Positions 60,299-64,000 of a DNA stretch of 64,000 bases are shown here, piece after piece. The translations under genes were made by a program, and so were the position numbers. The DNA lies in NCBI GenBank assembly GCA_023137185.1, contig JAGLPS010000002.1, positions 47,458-111,457 of the forward strand, written 5' to 3'. The notes below the pieces were generated by a model. The model ran no database searches, was not told where the DNA came from, and saw nothing but the letters and a program-made list of their open reading frames with translations. Within the stretch, counting starts at the first letter, position 1. Each line of letters begins with the position of its first letter. Source of the DNA: Minisyncoccota bacterium (GTDB taxonomy: Bacteria; Patescibacteriota; Minisyncoccia; Phycocordibacterales; JAGLPS01).

Positions 60299-60541
60299 AT
60301 ATATATGGAATATAAATTTTCTCTCTTCTTTCAATCCCAATTCTAACGTCGTCCACTAGTCCGCGCAAAATACAAAAAGAGTTGGATTTGTTTCGACTCT
60401 TTTTAGACCTGTGGACACGCCGTGTCCACAGGTACAGATCTAAGTCTAGAATAGATACAATTTTGATCAAAATCCATACATTTCAGTATAATATAACCTT
60501 GAGAGTAAGATATCGCCTACTCATCTCCACCTTATTTCACT

Positions 60542-60616
60542 TGGTGCCGACGGCAGGGATCGAACCTGCGACCGCTTCTTTATGAGTGAAGTGCTCTACC
60601 ACTGAGCTACGTCGGC
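60542..60616 (-). tRNA. tRNA with CAU anticodon (elongator Met or lysidine-type Ile2), CCA encoded
   Basis: The minus strand reads GCCGACG-TA-GCTC..GAGC-A-CTTCA-CTCATAA-AGAAG-CGGTC-GCAGG-TTCGATC-CCTGC-CGTCGGC-A-CCA. Confidence 0.8.
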
Positions 60617-60722
60617 ATATGTAACAATTCATTTTTAGATTACTACACTTACAGAGCAAAATCTACCATAAAAAAGAGGCGCGATTGACGCGCCTCTTCC
60701 TAAATGCATTTCCATTTAGGGT

Positions 60723-61241
60723 TCATTTTTTCTTTTCGTAAACCAGAAAGGGTTCACCTTTAAGCATGTTGGGGGAATCGCAAGCGACAAGGTAAACATT
60801 CCCACTATACGTTTCTAACCCTTTTTGCTCGATTATTAACATAAAAGACTCTTCGAACCCTCCATGAAGATAGTCTCCAAGCTCGTTATATATTTTTGGA
60901 AGACTGTATTCATAATCAACCAAGAATAAAAACGAGTCTTTGAAAGGAGAAAATTTCTTAAGGCGGCGCAGGTATTGATTGTTGAAATTTTCATACAGAA
61001 AAGTTACCCATTCTTGTCTTTCCATACATTGAAGCTTTATAAGGCGGCTTTTTAAACCTCTAGAAAAATAAGTTTGAACTTCGTAATGACTTTTCTGTGA
61101 ATTGTCTGCCTCCTTCGCTTTTTGGGAAACTTCTTCCTTTAGACGTTTTGATGGCTGCTTCAGGTATTTGACAATGGACTCAATAAACCCGCGGTGTTCT
61201 TCGCTCACTTCAGAAAATATTTCTATTGTATCTCTACCCAT
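60723..61241 (-). CDS. Hypothetical protein
   Basis: ORF only. Confidence 0.35.
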   Translation of the reverse strand: MGRDTIEIFSEVSEEHRGFIESIVKYLKQPSKRLKEEVSQKAKEADNSQKSHYEVQTYFSRGLKSRLIKLQCMERQEWVTFLYENFNNQYLRRLKKFSPFKDSFLFLVDYEYSLPKIYNELGDYLHGGFEESFMLIIEQKGLETYSGNVYLVACDSPNMLKGEPFLVYEKKK

Positions 61242-61563
61242 TATTAAGACCCCTTTCTCTTTATGATTAGAACGATTTCTCTAAACAAAAGGGTATCGTA
61301 TAAGAGATTTTTGTCAATAATTATCTACTCGTATAGTTCAATATTTTTCTGAAAGATAATCTTTAAAAAGCTTTTATCTTTTGTGTTTTCAAGAACGTAG
61401 ACGTAATACATACAATTATTATACATTGCCCCGTAAAATTCACCTTGTTCATCACGGGGCTCACGTTAAAATGAAAAATCTGCCAAAATGGCAGATTTTC
61501 ATCACATGTCAGTCCACTTATATGGCCTGCCACGTGGAGAATTGCAAAGCAATTCTCTTTACG

Positions 61564-61637
61564 TGGTTGCGGGGCCTGGATTTGAACCAGGGACTGAAGG
61601 TTATGAGCCTTCTGAGTTACCGCTACTCTACCCCGCG
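61564..61637 (-). tRNA. Initiator tRNA-fMet (CAU), CCA encoded
   Basis: The minus strand reads CGCGGGG..; C1 x A72 mismatch, A11:U24 pair, anticodon loop CUCAUAA, T-loop TTCAAAT. Only two of the three G:C pairs in the anticodon stem. Confidence 0.7.
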
Positions 61638-61802
61638 GCTTACCCGTATTTCACACAGAGGAAATTCAAGGCAATTATGCTCAACACTATATCACGGCAA
61701 AAATGTTGGCACAAGTTTGTTGCACATTACCATAACGTCAGTAATACTCTAGCCTTTTAGAAAAGCAAAAGGCGCGGGGTAATAAGTAAAAACACATTAC
61801 AC

Positions 61803-61872
61803 CACATTTTGAGGCTTTTATTTGGAAGCCGAGCTTCCAAGTTAGAGCTTCCAAGTTACTTTGTGGACTTTC
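61803..61872 (+). other. Second copy of the TTACACCACA-hairpin-CTTCCAAGTT element
   Basis: ATTACACCACATTTTGAGG..TTGGAAGCCGAGCTTCCAAGTTAGAGCTTCCAAGTTAC; compare 3797-3858. Confidence 0.4.
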
Positions 61873-62047
61873 AGTTTTTGACTCTGGTGGGGTATACTCC
61901 CACACCTGTTTTGACATTGTGTTTTTACTGTCCCATTCTGTGCCGATTAGCTAAATATGTTTGTGCCATTTGTATAGACAGATGATAAAATTAAAAAAAC
62001 ACAATGCGATAATGCCAAAACAGGTGTATGGGGGTATACTTTAATAA

Positions 62048-62461
62048 ATGGTGAAAAAAACTCTCATTCAATTTTTTGCGGCAATAGCCTTGCTCACGCT
62101 CTTTTTCTTTTTTGCGTATTTGTCGCGTACACCCGTAGAAGAGAATATACAGAAACGAACACACCAAGAAGCTTCTGATTTCATAGTTTCTAATACTGAT
62201 GACGAGCGAATCGCGCCAAACGAGGAAATCTATGGGTTTGCTATCGGTAATTTCCATAAGGCGTATTATGCTTCCAACTTTTTAGAGGTAGACCAAATCC
62301 ACGACATTATTGCTGGAGAAAACGTGATTCTCCGTCGAACTGGCAGTGGAGATGTTGTAATGATTCATTCGGAAACAGGGGAGGTATTTATTCCAGTAAA
62401 AACAGTGTGGTCGTCATGGGTTACTCTTTATCCGGATACGTTAATTTACGAGAATGAGTAG
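62048..62461 (+). CDS. Hypothetical secreted protein
   Basis: N-terminal signal peptide MVKKTLIQFFAAIALLTLFFFFAYLS. Confidence 0.4.
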   Translation: MVKKTLIQFFAAIALLTLFFFFAYLSRTPVEENIQKRTHQEASDFIVSNTDDERIAPNEEIYGFAIGNFHKAYYASNFLEVDQIHDIIAGENVILRRTGSGDVVMIHSETGEVFIPVKTVWSSWVTLYPDTLIYENE

Positions 62462-62626
62462 TGAATTTTTCAGAGCGCTTTTGTTTTCGGTTGTTCTCGC
62501 GTTTTTTATCGCGAAGTTGGAATTTCTCATTATTTTGTGTAATTAAAGTTTGAAAAAGATTCTTTGATGTATTATCATTCGGTTTTGATGTCACTGTAGT
62601 TATTTTGATATAAGTTGAAGCAATAA

Positions 62627-62699
62627 GCCGATGTAGCTCAGTTGGTAGAGCAACTCCATGGTAAGGAGTAGGTCACCAGTTCAAATCTGGTCATCGGCT
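62627..62699 (+). tRNA. tRNA-Thr, anticodon GGU
   Basis: GCCGATG-TA-GCTC..GAGC-A-ACTCC-ATGGTAA-GGAGT-AGGTC-ACCAG-TTCAAAT-CTGGT-CATCGGC-T. Confidence 0.9.
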
Positions 62700-62790
62700 C
62701 TGGTTGTGCCATCCTAATTCAGTTGGTAAAGGTAAAATAATCTGGGAGATTATTTTACGGATCGGGTTTTAGCAGTTTTTTCTGGAATAT

Positions 62791-62863
62791 GCCCACGTAG
62801 CTCAATTGGTAGAGCAACGGTATCGTAAACCGTAGGTTGTCGGTTCAATTCCGACCGTGGGCT
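62791..62863 (+). tRNA. tRNA-Thr, anticodon CGU
   Basis: GCCCACG-TA-GCTC..GAGC-A-ACGGT-ATCGTAA-ACCGT-AGGTT-GTCGG-TTCAATT-CCGAC-CGTGGGC-T; flanked by 19-bp inverted repeats GTTTTAGCAGTTTTTTCTGG / CTAGAAAAAACTGCTAAAAC. Confidence 0.9.
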
Positions 62864-62991
62864 CTAGAAAAAACTGCTAAAACGCTAATGTGTAGGTCGT
62901 GGGTTCAAGTTTGGGGAGGGGGCGGCTCTACATAAAACATTTTTAAACAGCTTGGAGGCGAAGCTCCCAAGTAGGTAGCAACTTATGAGTT

Positions 62992-63879
62992 ATGAATGAT
63001 ATGAACAATAATATTTCCGAAAAAATAAAAGAACTAGAGGAGCAAATGTCTCTCCCCGATTTTTGGAATAACAAAACAAAAGCTCAAGAAACTATTAAAG
63101 AGATTCAAAATCTAAAAGATGAAGCTGAGGGAATAGGGAAATATGACAAGGGAGACGCAGTTATGACTCTGTTTGCTGGCGCGGGAGGGGACGATGCCGA
63201 AGATTTTGCGGCAATGCTTTTTTCAATGTACGAAAAATTTGTTGCAAGAAAAAACTGGCGCTATACTGTGCTTCATCAGAATCAAAATGACCACGGAGGA
63301 TTTCGAAATGTTACTGTTGAAATAGAAGGAAAAAATGCCTATGGAATACTCAAAAATGAATCGGGGGTGCATCGCCTTGTCCGCATTTCTCCGTTTAACG
63401 CGAAAAAACTTCGCCACACGTCGTTCGCGCTTGTTGAAGTTATTCCGAAGTTTGAAGAAGTGGACGCAAAAAGTATTGAAATTCCAGAAGATGAGCTCAA
63501 ATTTGAGTTTGCTCGTTCAAGCGGTCCGGGAGGACAGAATGTTAATAAGCGAGAAACAGCAGTGCGCGTGGTGCATATTCCGACCAAACTTTCTGCGCAT
63601 GTTAACTCGCAACGAAGTCAGGCGCAGAACAAGGAAAAGGCGCTTATGATTTTACGCGGGAAAATTTTCAAGGCGCTGGAGGAAGAAAGGATAAAAAAGC
63701 AGGAAGGAATGTATGTAAGCAAAACGACAGAGATTGAGTGGGGGAATCAAATTCGTTCATACGTGCTTCACCCGTACAAAATGGTAAAAGACCATCGGAC
63801 CGAAGTGGAAGTTCGCGACGTCGAAAAAGTCCTTGACGGTGAGTTGGATGAATTTTTAGAGGCTGAAAAAAACCTGTAA
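62992..63879 (+). CDS. prfB: Peptide chain release factor 2 (short form, no frameshift)
   Basis: SPF tripeptide (VRISPFNAKK) and GGQ motif (SGPGGQNVNKRETAVR); uninterrupted ORF. Confidence 0.8.
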   Translation: MNDMNNNISEKIKELEEQMSLPDFWNNKTKAQETIKEIQNLKDEAEGIGKYDKGDAVMTLFAGAGGDDAEDFAAMLFSMYEKFVARKNWRYTVLHQNQNDHGGFRNVTVEIEGKNAYGILKNESGVHRLVRISPFNAKKLRHTSFALVEVIPKFEEVDAKSIEIPEDELKFEFARSSGPGGQNVNKRETAVRVVHIPTKLSAHVNSQRSQAQNKEKALMILRGKIFKALEEERIKKQEGMYVSKTTEIEWGNQIRSYVLHPYKMVKDHRTEVEVRDVEKVLDGELDEFLEAEKNL

Positions 63880-64000
63880 TACATAGCGATTAGCTGTTAG
63901 CTTTCAGCTTTTAGTAATGACTAAAAGTGATATTTTGAGTTACCTTTCCTCTAAGGTATACTTTATAAGTGATTTATAGTTGTTAAGGGGTATTTTTTCG

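Noticed and set aside
62992-63879. Programmed +1 frameshift in prfB
   Set aside because: The ORF is continuous from its ATG through the SPF and GGQ motifs. No in-frame early UGA or CUU UGA shifty site was seen.

Overview
This 64 kb window looks like a small-genome, AT-rich bacterium of Candidate Phyla Radiation / Patescibacteria type. Ribosomal protein L30 is absent between rpsE and rplO, many ribosomal proteins carry terminal extensions, and type IV pilus (T4P) and cohesin/dockerin surface genes are prominent.

Contents, in order:
- tuf 3' end, then the S10-spc ribosomal protein cluster: rpsJ-rplC-rplD-rplW-rplB, a 2.7 kb insertion, then rpsS-rplV-rpsC-rplP-rpmC-rpsQ-rplN-rplX-rplE, a 520-bp spacer with twin terminators, then rpsZ-rpsH-rplF-rplR-rpsE-rplO-secY-adk-map-ndk.
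- infC-rpmI-rplT on the minus strand.
- A two-component locus: response regulator, histidine kinase, response regulator.
- ssrA (tmRNA) next to smpB.
- ftsH, an internally deleted histidine-kinase pseudogene, tRNA-Ile(UAU), recG.
- A six-gene minus-strand cell-surface cluster: cohesin-like and dockerin proteins, plus DUF916-like and WxL-like proteins.
- tRNA-Ser and comF.
- A complete T4P locus: pilM, pilN, pilO, pilB, a receiver-domain protein, pilT, pilC, major pilin, pilD, a long-leader pilin, two minor pilins, and a PilX-like protein with a von Willebrand A domain.
- ligA, plsC, gatC, gatA.
- A tRNA-rich accessory island (tRNA-Asp, Met, fMet, Thr, Thr) with att-like triplication of the tRNA-Asp 3' end and small hypothetical genes.
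- prfB.

The strongest signals:
- An insertion inside the S10 operon between rplB and rpsS. It carries two tandem pairs of a small membrane protein and a pilin with a ~53-aa conserved leader, plus a GIY-YIG gene and nested-hairpin elements.
- A family of 70-130 bp MITE-like elements with ~21-bp terminal inverted repeats (core CCCYGTAGTGA...TTTGGCAT). Half-sites of this element are embedded in the pilin leader-coding regions.
- A conserved ~140-nt promoter-plus-leader module that ends exactly at the ATG of rplB, rpmI and gatA.

No CRISPR array, integrase or transposase was found. All calls come from reading the ORF translations and the sequence directly; no database search was run.
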